This document shows, piece after piece, positions 45,232 through 55,649 of a DNA stretch of 64,000 bases. The DNA is taken from the NCBI GenBank assembly GCA_963704165.1, contig CAVPHD010000002.1, positions 1 to 64,000 on the forward strand, written 5' to 3'. A program made the position numbers and the translations under genes. Numbering within the stretch: position 1 is the stretch's first letter; each line of letters starts with the position of its first letter. The DNA comes from an uncultured delta proteobacterium (lineage in GTDB: Bacteria; Myxococcota_A; UBA9160; SZUA-336). The notes below the pieces were generated by a model, which was given only the letters and a program-made list of their open reading frames with translations, had not been told where the DNA came from and did no database searches.

Positions 45232-46266
45232 ATGGCGCGAAAACGGGTCGTGGTGATCGCGGGAGAGGACGCGGCCCCGGAGGCCATGAACCCGAGCGTC
45301 GAGCTTCTCGCAGGACTCGGGATCGCGATCGACTGGCACCGGCCCGAACCCGGTGGCGAGCGCGAAGCCATCGACGCGTCCGATGCGACCTGGTTCGGCG
45401 CAACCAGCGGCGCGAGCGCCCGCGCGCTCTTCCATCTGCGCTGGGGAAGGCAAACCTACGCGAACGTTCGGCCGGTGCGGTACCTGCCGGGGGCCGGGAG
45501 TCCGCTCGCCCGTCCCGACGGGATCGACCTCGCGATCGTGCGCGAGAACCTCGAGGATCTGTACGTCGGCGTGGAAGGTGACCTCGACGAGCTTCGGTCC
45601 TTGGGCTGGCGGAGTCGAACGAGCGGCCGACCGATCGCCGAGCTCGCGCCGGGTCGATTCGCGCTGAAGGTGATCAGCCGGCGCGGGAGTGAACGAATCG
45701 CGCGCTTCGCGTTCGAGCTCGCGCGGCGACGGCGCGCGCGGGGGCATCCGGGCCGGGTCACCTGCGGCACCAAACACAACATGCTCGCGCAGACCGACGG
45801 CCTCTTTCGCGATACCGCGGCACGTGTCGCGAGCGAGTACCCGGACGTGGGGTTCGAGGTGCGCATCGTCGATGACCTGGCGCATCGCCTGGTCGCGCGC
45901 CCGCAGGAGCTCGATGTCGTGCTCCTGCCCAACCTCTACGGCGACATCCTCTCCGACGCCGCGGCTGCGCTGGTCGGCGGGCTCGGACTCGCGCCGAGCG
46001 GCTGCTACGGGGAGGACTACGCCTACTTCGAGCCCGCGCACGGCACGGCTCCCGACATCGCTGGCCGGAACGTCATCAACCCGACGGCGACCCTGCTCTC
46101 GGGTGCGCTGCTGCTCGAGTACCTCGGCTTCGCGGCCGAGGCGCGGCGGGTCGAACTCGCCGTGGCGGCGACCTATGCCGCGCGACGTGAACTCACGCCC
46201 GACCAGGGCGGAAGCTCGAGCACTTCGGACTTCTGTGCGGCTATCTCGCGGCGGTTGAGGGACTAG
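45232..46266 (+). CDS. Isocitrate/isopropylmalate dehydrogenase family protein
   Basis: YANVRP, VRENLEDLY, TKHNML, PNLYGDILSD, FEPAHGTAPDIAG, NPTATLLS. Confidence 0.9.
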   Translation: MARKRVVVIAGEDAAPEAMNPSVELLAGLGIAIDWHRPEPGGEREAIDASDATWFGATSGASARALFHLRWGRQTYANVRPVRYLPGAGSPLARPDGIDLAIVRENLEDLYVGVEGDLDELRSLGWRSRTSGRPIAELAPGRFALKVISRRGSERIARFAFELARRRRARGHPGRVTCGTKHNMLAQTDGLFRDTAARVASEYPDVGFEVRIVDDLAHRLVARPQELDVVLLPNLYGDILSDAAAALVGGLGLAPSGCYGEDYAYFEPAHGTAPDIAGRNVINPTATLLSGALLLEYLGFAAEARRVELAVAATYAARRELTPDQGGSSSTSDFCAAISRRLRD

Positions 46267-47615
46267 CGACCCTTGTTGAGCCGTCCGATGTCGATGTAGC
46301 GGCGGATCTTGCCCTTGCTGCTGAACGGCGATCCCTCGCTGTTCCAGAACTCGATCCGATTCCCGGTGCCGGTCTGCACGTTCACGATGATGTCCGAGAT
46401 GATCCGGTTGTCCTTCGGATCGGGCACGTCGTCCCATCCCGGGTACCAGACGCCGTCGGACGATTTCGGATCCTTGTTCTTCACGCCGTCCCAGTCGCTC
46501 GAGTAGCGGTGGTTGTGCCAGATGATCTTCCAGAGCTCCTTCTTCCGGTCGTACGCGAAGCTGTACAGCGGTTCGAAGGTCTCCTTGTCGACGTAGATGT
46601 CCTTGTGGTGGTACGGGTGATCCTCGTTGCGCGGATCGAAGCGGATGACCCAGGCGTTGCGGACCTCCCAGCGGTCGCTGGCGAACGAGAAGCCGTACGG
46701 GCCGAAGTTGTACGAATCGGTGTAGGGGTAGGCGAGCGTGCTTCGTGTTCATCGGCGCGATCACTGTCGCTTCGCCGAGGCATTCCCACTGGTACTGGGG
46801 CGGGATGCCGGCGAAGCTCCGCAGGTCGTCCATGGTGAAGTCGGTGCCCTGAACCGAGTCGGTCCGTTGCGCCGACGAGATCCGCCGCACGCGGCGCAAG
46901 TCGGGCACGTACACCCAGGTGTCGTCGTTCTTCGCCTGCTTGAGCGGGCCCGTCCGCGGTCCGGTAGCGGTAGGTCAGGAGCAGGATGCCGCGCGCGTCG
47001 AACGGCGCGTCGACCTCGATCCCGAAGACGGAATTGCGCTTCTCGTTCGGGAAGACGTCGCCGTCGTTCTCGTTCTGGTAGTTGCGCTCGACCCGGTTCA
47101 CGAGGCTGATCACCTTGGCCGTGCCTTCGTAGTAGAGCGGCAGCTGCTCGCCTCGGTCCCAGTACGTGTACGACCAGGTCGAGCGCGCGCCGTCGCCGTT
47201 CCAGGCCTTGACGAAGTTCCAGATGATCTTGACGCCTGCGTTCGGATCGCCCTTGCAGTCCAGCGGATTCGGATGCGAACGGCAACCCGGCTCCGAAGTT
47301 CAACAGCCCGCCGTCGTCACCGATCTTGGCCTGCCCCTTGTACTTCTCGCTCATCGCGACGTAGGCGTCCGCCGCGCCGTACTTGCGCATGGTCGGGCCG
47401 ATCTCGAGCTGCATGCCCTCGTAGAAGAAGAACTCGCGATTGGTCCAGAACTCGGGAGGCAGGAAATCCTTCAGCTTGTCGAGCTGATCGAACGAGATCG
47501 TGTCGCCTTCCTTGAAGGGTGTGACCGGCAGGACGTCCTGGGCCTGCTTCTCCTGCGCCGGAGCGGCGGCGGGCAGTGCCACGAGGATTGCCAGAGCGAG
47601 AACTCCAAGCCGCAT
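46263..47615 (-). CDS. DUF1329-like exported protein; several frameshifts
   Basis: GGAGG SD and signal peptide MRLGVLALAILVALPAAAPA; GLPF, AGVKIIWNF, PFDARGILLLTYRY, WVYVPDLRRVRRISSAQRTD, WEVRNAWV, HPYHHKDIYVDKET, YDRKKELWK. Confidence 0.75.
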
Positions 47616-47707
47616 CGAGGACCTCCAAGGTTTTGGCCCGCGGAGCGGGGCGTCCTGTCGCATCATAGACCCGCGCAGCACCCGGCGGATAGAGCAATTT
47701 CGAGCCG

Positions 47708-48718
47708 TTACGGCGCGGCAATCCAGTCGATTTCGGCGATGTAGAGGTCGACGGGGGTCCGGTAGACGAGCTCCGCCTCGCCGCGCCCGAGATCGACTCG
47801 GTGAAGCTCGCGCGGCAAGTCGAGATCGGAGCTCTGCGAATGATCGCGGACCAGGACGAGCGCCGCGTCGGGTCCCTGGCCCCGGGCATCCACGACCCGC
47901 TTGTCGGCGTCGGGTCGCCAGGTCGGTGTGCAGCCCGAGCCGGCCGGGTCGCAGCGCACGAGTCCCCGTCGCTGACGCGCATGGATTCCGCGTGCGCTCC
48001 AGAAGAGCGGCAGCGTACCTCCGGGCACGAGCGCCTCGCCCGGATCGCCGTCGCGCAGCGGCGTGAGGGGCCCGCTGAGATCGCTCGCGACGCGAAACAG
48101 ACGCGGCCACGAGACGGTCTGGCCCGCGATCGAGAGGGCGGTTTCCGAGTCCGCGCCGTCGGGATCGGGAATCGTCTGCAGGATCACGATGGATGCACCG
48201 TCGGGACTCCAACGCGGACGATCGAGTGGCTGGTTTCGCCCCGCGACGGGCCTCGATCTCGGCCCGTCGAGCGCGAGCACGAGCAAGTCGCTCTCGCCCT
48301 GATCGTCGACTTCGAGACCGAGGGCGATGCGTTCACCGCTCGGGTCGGGCTCGACGTCGAAGTAACGCGCGGGCTCCGCGATCCGCGTCGCGCGTCCCGA
48401 CGACACATCGACCCGAAGCAGTTCCGTGCGCGGCAATCCGTACGGCTCGTCGGCAGCGACCTCGCGGCTCACCAGAAGCTCGTGCGGAGAGAGCCAGCGC
48501 GCGAAACGCGGGCCTTCGATCGGAAGCGCCCGCGCGCCGTCCGCGTCGTGGACCACGATCGCGCGAGGGACCTCGGGATCCGCCGGCTCGAAGATCAGAA
48601 CCAACCGTCCGGGTCCGCGGAATCCCGCGTCGTAGCGTTCGGTCGGTGCGCGCGAAGGGCAGGCGAGTGCGAGTACGACGGCGAGGGAGGCGAGAAGCCT
48701 GCGGGCTCGATCGCGCAC
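47708..48718 (-). CDS. Hypothetical lipoprotein, TolB/beta-propeller-like
   Basis: LLASLAVVLALAC; RWLSP, PDPSGERIA, PRWSPDG repeats. Confidence 0.65.
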   Translation of the reverse strand: MRDRARRLLASLAVVLALACPSRAPTERYDAGFRGPGRLVLIFEPADPEVPRAIVVHDADGARALPIEGPRFARWLSPHELLVSREVAADEPYGLPRTELLRVDVSSGRATRIAEPARYFDVEPDPSGERIALGLEVDDQGESDLLVLALDGPRSRPVAGRNQPLDRPRWSPDGASIVILQTIPDPDGADSETALSIAGQTVSWPRLFRVASDLSGPLTPLRDGDPGEALVPGGTLPLFWSARGIHARQRRGLVRCDPAGSGCTPTWRPDADKRVVDARGQGPDAALVLVRDHSQSSDLDLPRELHRVDLGRGEAELVYRTPVDLYIAEIDWIAAP

Positions 48719-48755
48719 GCTCGCTCTCCTTCACGCGGGCGCGCAGTATACCCCC

Positions 48756-50322
48756 GTGCTGAACGCGAACCCGGGTCGGAACCTGCTTCAGGCCGCGGCC
48801 TTCTTCGCGCTGGTCTTCGCGCTCCACGCACGTGCCTTGCCCGGACCGTTCGTGTTCGACGATCAGACCGCGATCGTCGGGAACGAAAGCCTGCACAGGC
48901 TGTGGCCGCTCGGGCCCGTGCTCGCGCAGCCACCCGATCTCACCACGTCCGGCCGACCCGTCGTCGCGGCGAGCTTTGCGATCGACTACGCGCTCGCCGG
49001 CCTCGACCCGCGGGTGTTCCGCGCCACGAACTTCGCGATCCACGCGCTCTGCGCGATCCTGCTCGCGGCCGTCGTCCGCCGCACGTTGTCGGGGCCCCGA
49101 CTCGCCGATCGCTTCTCGTCGCATGCCCGCGAGATCGCGGCCGGCGCGGCGCTGCTCTTTCTCGTTCACCCGCTCGCGAGCGAGGTCGTCTGCTACGCGA
49201 GCGCGCGCACCGAATCCATCGTGGCGTTCTTCTACCTCTCGACGCTCTACGCGTCGATCCGCGCGCGTTCGTCGGCGCGCCCGTGGGTCTGGGTTGCGGT
49301 CGCCATCGCGAGTTCGACGCTGGGCATGGCGAGCAAGGAAGTGATGGTCAGCGCGCCGGTGGTGGTCGCGTTGCACGATGTCGTCTTTCTCGGAGACGTG
49401 GACGCGCGCGCGCGGCGAGTGCGGCTCGCGCTTTGGCTGGGACTCGCCGCGACCTGGGGCGTGCTCGCCTTCTTGATGATCGCACAGCCGCGGTCGGACT
49501 CGGCCGGCTTCGCGCTCTGGGTGACGCCGCTTCTCTACCTGGCGAATCAGTGCGACGTGCTGCTCTCGTACCTTCGATTGGTGGTCTGGCCGGATCCGCT
49601 GCGCTTCGACTACGGTCTGCCCCAGCCGTTGACGCTCGGCGACGTTCGCACGGGCGCGGCGTCGCTGACGGGGCTCTTTCTGCTTTCGCTCTACGCACTC
49701 CGGCGCTGGCCGGCCGCGGGATTCATCGGTGTCGCGTGCTTTGCGATCCTCTCGCCGTCGTCGAGCTTCATCCCGATCGCATCCGAGGTCGGAGCCGAAC
49801 GCCGGATGTACCTTCCGCTCGCCGCGCTCTCCGTCCTGCTCGTCTGCCTGCTCTGGCTCGGCGTCGCGCGCGCAGGACGGGTCGTGGCGATTCGTTTCAT
49901 CGTCGGGATCGCCGCGCTCGCGCTCTCGGCCGTGAGCGTGGCTCGTGCGGCGGACTACGCCAACGAGATCCGGCTCTGGCGGGCCGACGTCGTGATCGCG
50001 CCCGGAAACGCACGCGCTCGCTACAACCTGTCGGGTGCTCTGCGCCGCGCCGGCCTGGAAGACGAGGCGAAGCAGGAACGGGCAGCGGCGGTGCGCGGCG
50101 AGGTCGACTTCTACTCTCGCATCCTGCCCCTCCAGCCCGATCGCGGCGCGCGCGCTCGGGGACCTGGCGGCGATCCACGTGGTGGCGGGTGAGCTCGTGC
50201 GAGCGGAGGAGCTCTACGGCGAACTCCTCGAGCTCGATCCCTCGGACGAAACCGCGCTGCGAATGCGCGCCCGTCTGCGCGCGCACCTCGAATCACTCGG
50301 CATCGAAGCGCCGCCACACTGA
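48756..50322 (+). CDS. TMTC-like GT-C membrane glycosyltransferase with C-terminal TPR; frameshift near 50140
   Basis: FVFDDQTAI, GRP, HPLASEVVCYASARTE, SKE, AERRMYLP; TPR-like PGNARARYNL and ARALGDLAAIH...ELLELDP. Confidence 0.8.
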
Positions 50323-50351
50323 CTCGCGCCGGTCTGGACACGGCATGTAGG

Positions 50352-50816
50352 ATGAACGCCATGATGGACGCTGAATCCCGACTTCGAGCGGAGATCGACA
50401 TCCGCACCCTCGTCTCGCGCTACTCCGATGCTGTCGTGCGGCGCGATCGGGTGGCCTGGGTCGATACCTGGGCGGTGGGCGGCGTGTGGCGACTCCTCGG
50501 CATGGAAGCGAAGGGACGCGAGGCCATCGGCGCGCTCTGGGAGAGATTGATCTCGGTCTACGCCGAGATCGTGCAGATACCGAACTCGGCGATCCTCGAG
50601 ATCGACGGCACACGCGCGACGGGCCGCTGGTACATCAGCGAGTTCGGCAAGCTCGCGAACGGCTCGTCGATGATGACGATCGGCGTCTACCACGACGAGT
50701 ACACGCGCGCAGACGGTTCGTGGCTCTTCGCGAGCCGCCGCTTCGACGCACTGTACGGAAGTCCCGAGGATCTCGCGGGAACGTTCCTTCCATTTCCGAA
50801 GGAGTTCGACCGGTGA
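50352..50816 (+). CDS. SnoaL/NTF2-like protein
   Basis: IRTLVSRYSDAV, GREAI, IDGTRATGRWY, GVYHDEY, WLFASRRF. Confidence 0.88.
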   Translation: MNAMMDAESRLRAEIDIRTLVSRYSDAVVRRDRVAWVDTWAVGGVWRLLGMEAKGREAIGALWERLISVYAEIVQIPNSAILEIDGTRATGRWYISEFGKLANGSSMMTIGVYHDEYTRADGSWLFASRRFDALYGSPEDLAGTFLPFPKEFDR

Positions 50817-51148
50817 TCATCATCGCGGGTACGGTCGACGTCGATCCCGCACAGCGTGAGGCCGCGCTCGCGGCGGGGCGTCCGCATCTGCGGGCGACGC
50901 GCGCGCAGAAGGGCTGTCTGCACTACACCTGGGCCGCGGATGAGCTGGTCGCGGGTCGCATCTACGTGTATGAGCTCTGGGAGAGCGCGGCCGACCTGGA
51001 GCGGCACTTCGCCGGGCCGCATTACCTGGCCATGCGCAACACGATCGGCGCGCATGGGCTGCGCGGCGCGGACGTGCTGAAGTACGAAGTCGGCCGATCC
51101 GGCCCCGTCTACGACGCGCGGATGAAGCCGCGCGCCGACTTCTTCTAG
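50813..51148 (+). CDS. ABM-domain (putative quinol monooxygenase) protein
   Basis: IIIAGTVDVDP, TRAQKGCLHY, IYVYELWES, HFAGPH; GTGA overlap with upstream stop. Confidence 0.85.
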   Translation: MIIIAGTVDVDPAQREAALAAGRPHLRATRAQKGCLHYTWAADELVAGRIYVYELWESAADLERHFAGPHYLAMRNTIGAHGLRGADVLKYEVGRSGPVYDARMKPRADFF

Positions 51149-51699
51149 GGCGCGGGCGTCTTCGCGGGGCGCGCGAACTGCGCGAGCAGCTCGTCGACTA
51201 TCGGCCCGATCTTCGACTCGGTGCTGCGCCACTTGAAGGGCGAGAGGCTCGGGCGCGAGAGGTAGGTCGCCTCGCCGATCGTCTCGCCGCGGTAGCGCAC
51301 GCGCAGCTCCGCGTAGCCCAGAACGGGACGAATGTCCCAACGACGCCGGGCCGCGTACCAGAGCGTGTAGTCGCACCCGGCCTCGCTGGGCGCATCGACG
51401 ACACGCGCATCGATCCCGCTCCGCGCGACACCCCGTTCGACGACGGCCAGGAAGTCCTCGATGACGACGTCGGGATTTCGCTCGATGCAGAGCTGCTCGA
51501 TCGGGTACCCCCGCGAGGGCACCGGGCTCACCTCGACGGTCGTGCACGCCGCGGCGTTCGCGAGCGCACCGGCAAGGAGAATCGCGCGGAAACGCCTCGA
51601 CGAACCGGATCCCGCTCGATTGGGCAGTTCGCCACAGTTGCGACTCCGGGGCGCAGGAACGCGATTGAAATACGCGGTATCATGCGCGGCGTGGGGCAT
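51145..51699 (-). CDS. Small lipoprotein, Sbal_3080-family-like (start uncertain, probably downstream of 51699)
   Basis: RRFRAILLAGALANAAAC lipobox; CIERNPDVVIEDF, CDYTLWYAARRRWD, YAEL. Confidence 0.65.
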   Translation of the reverse strand: MPHAAHDTAYFNRVPAPRSRNCGELPNRAGSGSSRRFRAILLAGALANAAACTTVEVSPVPSRGYPIEQLCIERNPDVVIEDFLAVVERGVARSGIDARVVDAPSEAGCDYTLWYAARRRWDIRPVLGYAELRVRYRGETIGEATYLSRPSLSPFKWRSTESKIGPIVDELLAQFARPAKTPAP

Positions 51700-51750
51700 A
51701 TCGCTTGCATCGCGGAAACCGGGGTCCATTCGAAGGAGCGTAGCTGAGAC

Positions 51751-53325
51751 ATGGTCACGAAGGTCGCAAAGAAGGGATCGAAGAAGCTCGCGAAGAAGAG
51801 TTCGAAGAAGGTCGTGAAGACCACCGCGAAAAGCGCGGTGAAGAAGAGCACGCCCTCGAAGCGCCCCGAGCACTTCGACGTCCTGATCGTCGGCGCGGGC
51901 ATCTCCGGAGTCGGCGGCGCCTACCACCTGCAGGAGCAGTGCCCCGGCAAGAGCTTCGTCGTGCTCGATGCGCTCGAGAGCTTCGGCGGCACGTGGCTCA
52001 CGCATACCTACCCGGGCATCCGCTCCGACAGCGATCTCTATACCTTCGGCTACCGCTTCAAGCCGTGGACGACGGCACCCGTCGCGACCGCCGACGAAAT
52101 TTTGAAGTACATGGGCGAGGTGATCGAGGAGAACGACCTCGCCCGTCACATTCGCTACCGGCACAAGATCTCGACCGCGTCGTGGTCGAGCAAGGACAAG
52201 CTCTGGACCGTCGAGGCGACGCGCACCGATACGGGAGCGACCTGTCGCTTCACGACGAACTTCCTCTGGATGTGCCAGGGCTACTACCACCACGAGAAGG
52301 GCTACACCCCCGAGTGGAAGGACATGGACCTCTACCAGGGCACGCTGGTTCACGCGCAGACCTGGCCCGCGGACCTCGATTACAAGGACAAGAACGTGCT
52401 GGTGATCGGGTCCGGGGCGACCACGGCCACGCTCGTGCCCGCGATCGCAGGCGCGACGAATCACACGACCGTCCTGCAGCGTTCGCCGACGTACTTCTTC
52501 CCGGCGCCCAACACCAACGAGCTCGCCAACACGCTTCGCTTGCTCGAGATCGACGAGACCTGGATCCACGAGATCGTGCGACGCGGGATCCTGTACCTGC
52601 AGCAGGTGATGACGCGACGCTCCCGCGAAGAGGGCGAGGCGGTGAGGGAGGAGCTGCTCGCCGGCGTGCGCGCGTACCTCCCCGAAGAAGAGGTGAAGAA
52701 GCACTTCACGCCGAAGTACCGACCCTGGCAGCAGCGTCTCGCGTTCGTCCCCGACGGCGACCTCTTCAAGGGCATTCTCGCGGGCAAGGCGTCCGTCGTC
52801 ACCGACGAGATCGACCGCTTCACCGAGAAGGGTGTGCTGACGAAGTCCGGCCAGGAGATCGAGGCCGACATCATCGTCGCCGCGACCGGATTCAGCATCA
52901 GCGTGCTCGGCGACATCGCGTTCACCGTCGACGGAAAGCCGGTCGATTTCCACGACACGATCACCTACCGAGGCATGATGTTCACCGGCGGTGCCGAACA
53001 TGCTCTGGGTGTTCGGGTACTTCCGCGCCAGCTGGACGCTTCGGGTGGATCTCCTCTCCGATTTCGTGTGCCGGCTGCTTGAACCACATGAAGAAGAAGC
53101 GCGTGAAGCAGGTCATGGTCGAGCTGCGGCCCGAGGACAAGACCATGCCGCTGCCACAACTGGATCGACCCCAACGACTTCAACCCCGGCTACCTGATGC
53201 GCTCCATGCATCTGCTGCCCAGGCGCGGCGACAAGCCCGAGTGGCAGCACACGCAGGACTACTGGACGGAGAAGGTCACGATCCCCGCGATCGACCTCGA
53301 CGGCAAGGAGTTCAAGTACAGCTGA
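51751..53325 (+). CDS. Flavin-containing (Baeyer-Villiger/EthA-like) monooxygenase with Lys-rich N-terminal extension; frameshifts near 52.99-53.16 kb
   Basis: DVLIVGAGISG, GGTW..YPGIRSDSD, YQGTLVHAQTWP, IGSGATT, LQRSPTY, ATG; tail FGYFRASWTLRVDL, DFNPGYLMRS. Confidence 0.9.
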
Positions 53326-53361
53326 GCGTGACGCTCCGCTCTGTGGAGTCGGGGGAGATCG

Positions 53362-54243
53362 ATGCCGGCGCCGAGCTCTCCCGTAGCCGTCGTCACCGGG
53401 ACCAGCACCGGGATCGGCTTTGCAACGGCGCTGCACTTCGCGCGAAACGGGTACCGCGTGTACGCGGGAATGCGGAACCTCGAAAAGGCCGCAAAGCTCG
53501 TCGAGGCAGCTGAGTGCGATCGGCTCCCGCTCGAGGTGATCGAGCTCGACGTCAACTCCGGGCCGTCGGTCGAGCGCGCGTTCGCGCGCGCCGCAGGTGG
53601 CGGAGACGTCGACCTCTTGGTGAACAACGCCGGAATCGGCGGCGCCGCGCCGCTCGAGCTCGTTCCCGAAGCCGAGCACCGCCAGATCTTCGAGACGAAC
53701 TACTTCGGTGCGATCCGCTGCATCCAGGCCGTGCTGCCGGGAATGCGACAGCGCGGGCGCGGCGCGATCGCGAACGTCACGTCGGCGGTCGGGCGAATCG
53801 CGACACCGAACCAGATTCCCTACTCGGCATCGAAGTTCGCGCTCGAGTGCGCGGGCGAGGCGCTCGCGCACGAGGTCCGCCGCTTCGGCGTGCGCGTCGT
53901 GAACATCGAGCCGGGTGTGATCCTGACGAACATCTTCGAGAACTCCGCGGCGACGACGCGCTACGAGAAGTCCTCGCCGTACCAGCCGATCATGCGCCGC
54001 AACGGCAAGATCTACGCGGCCGGCTTCCGCGCCGGCGTGCAGCCGCAGGTCGTCGCCGAGACGATTCTCGAGGCCGTCACCACGGCCGACTATCGCCTGC
54101 GCTGGCCCGTCGGCGCCGACGCCGTCGGCTTCGCGAGCGGCCGCCCGCAGATCTCGGACGAGGCCTGGGTCGCGATGGGCGACGATCTCGGCGACGAAGA
54201 CTACAACCGCCGCTTCTTCGAGTACTTCGGGATCCGTCTCTGA
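53362..54243 (+). CDS. SDR family oxidoreductase (17beta-HSD-like)
   Basis: TGTSTGIG, NNAG, YSASKFALE, IEPG. Confidence 0.92.
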   Translation: MPAPSSPVAVVTGTSTGIGFATALHFARNGYRVYAGMRNLEKAAKLVEAAECDRLPLEVIELDVNSGPSVERAFARAAGGGDVDLLVNNAGIGGAAPLELVPEAEHRQIFETNYFGAIRCIQAVLPGMRQRGRGAIANVTSAVGRIATPNQIPYSASKFALECAGEALAHEVRRFGVRVVNIEPGVILTNIFENSAATTRYEKSSPYQPIMRRNGKIYAAGFRAGVQPQVVAETILEAVTTADYRLRWPVGADAVGFASGRPQISDEAWVAMGDDLGDEDYNRRFFEYFGIRL

Positions 54244-54590
54244 GGCGATTCGGGAGCGACGCCACGAAGTTCTCGGGAAAGACCGACATCGATCTGTGGA
54301 GTCGCATCGATAGCACCGAGCAGCTCACGGTCTCGTTGTCCCCGGGTTTCGGGCTGAACGAGACCTTCCCGCTCTTCGGGCGGACCTACGACGTCGCTTC
54401 GGGGAAGTCGGTATTCATCGGCGGCGTCGCATTCGACGACGGCTCGTACGTGACCATCCAAGGGACGGCGAGCTGGGACAAGAACACCGGCGCGGTGAAG
54501 AGCCTTTCGGGCATCTTCGTCCAGGACTCGGTGTTTCGGCTCGGCTGCTTCTCTTCAGGGAAAGTGAAGACTTCGGAGCGCCTCCAGTGA
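54244..54590 (+). pseudogene. Start-less coding fragment of a beta-rich protein
   Basis: Host-like codon usage, DATKFSGKTDIDLW...GGVAFDDGSYVTIQGTASWDKNTG...GCFSSGKVKTSERLQ*; no obvious start codon or SD after the SDR stop. Confidence 0.5.
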
Positions 54591-54678
54591 TGCCGAAACG
54601 CGAGATTGAGGCTGCGCCGATTGGGATCTTACGGCGCGCGTGAGCGGAGCCGAGGGCAAGCCGAACAAGCGCGCCGCG

Positions 54679-55590
54679 TCAGCCGCGCACTCCGAGGACC
54701 CGCCGCAGCTCCGGCGCCGCGCTCGAGGGTATCGCAAGGATCTCGCCACTCTCCGGCACAGTGTCTGTCACGGCGCGGATCCCATGCTTCCCGACGGCAC
54801 AGAATTCGTAGTCGAGCCGCCGCAACAGATCCAAAACCGTCTCGACGTTGCCGCCGTGCCGATCCCAGTGGCGCTTCCTGTACTCGAAGATGAGGATCGG
54901 CCGGTGCTGCTCCAGGATCGGCCGGAGCTGATCGATCACGATCGTCTCATGTCCCTCGACGTCGATCTTGATGAAATCGCATGTCGGCAGCGGCGCTTCC
55001 CGCACCAGCGTCAGGCCGGAAATCGCTTGCACCTCGATCTTCTCCGTGGTGCCTTCCGCAACGGGCTGGAGGCTCGAGATGCCGGTTCTCGAGGCGTCCG
55101 CCGGCACGGCATGGAAGGACACGGGGCCATCGTGGTCCGACAACGCGGCCTCGACCACGGTCACATGTCCCAGTCGGTTGAGCGCGACGTTTTCCCGAAG
55201 CCGCGCGGCCATCCGCGGATGCGGCTCGACCGCAATGACTCGACCGGATGGTCCCGTCGCCCACGCCATCACCAGCGTATGCGTGCCGATGTTGGCACCG
55301 ACATCGAGGCAGACCGCACCCGGCTTCACCATCCGCCGGATCGCGTCGACGACGAGCGGCTCGTGGCAGCCGTGGAACAGAAGGCGGTAGTCGACCGAGC
55401 GGGAGGTATCGATGTGGATGGAGCCTTGGCCATACGGTGCGACCAAGTGCCGCCCCTTGCCCGGCGCGCCCTTCGGGCACGCCCACGCCGCCACGGCCTT
55501 GCAGAGCTCGTGTACCAAGGGAACGCGTCGCCGCATCACCGGCCGGAGGAAGAGCGCGAGATTCAGAACCCGCTGGTCGCTCCAGAGCAT
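54679..55590 (-). CDS. FkbM-family SAM-dependent methyltransferase
   Basis: LDVGANIGTHT, VIAVEP, FIKIDVEGHE, RPILIFE. Confidence 0.92.
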   Translation of the reverse strand: MLWSDQRVLNLALFLRPVMRRRVPLVHELCKAVAAWACPKGAPGKGRHLVAPYGQGSIHIDTSRSVDYRLLFHGCHEPLVVDAIRRMVKPGAVCLDVGANIGTHTLVMAWATGPSGRVIAVEPHPRMAARLRENVALNRLGHVTVVEAALSDHDGPVSFHAVPADASRTGISSLQPVAEGTTEKIEVQAISGLTLVREAPLPTCDFIKIDVEGHETIVIDQLRPILEQHRPILIFEYRKRHWDRHGGNVETVLDLLRRLDYEFCAVGKHGIRAVTDTVPESGEILAIPSSAAPELRRVLGVRG

Positions 55591-55649
55591 GGGGCGTGGA
55601 TATCAAAATCGTCCCAGAGCAACAATTCCGAGCCGCACGGAACCGAGCG

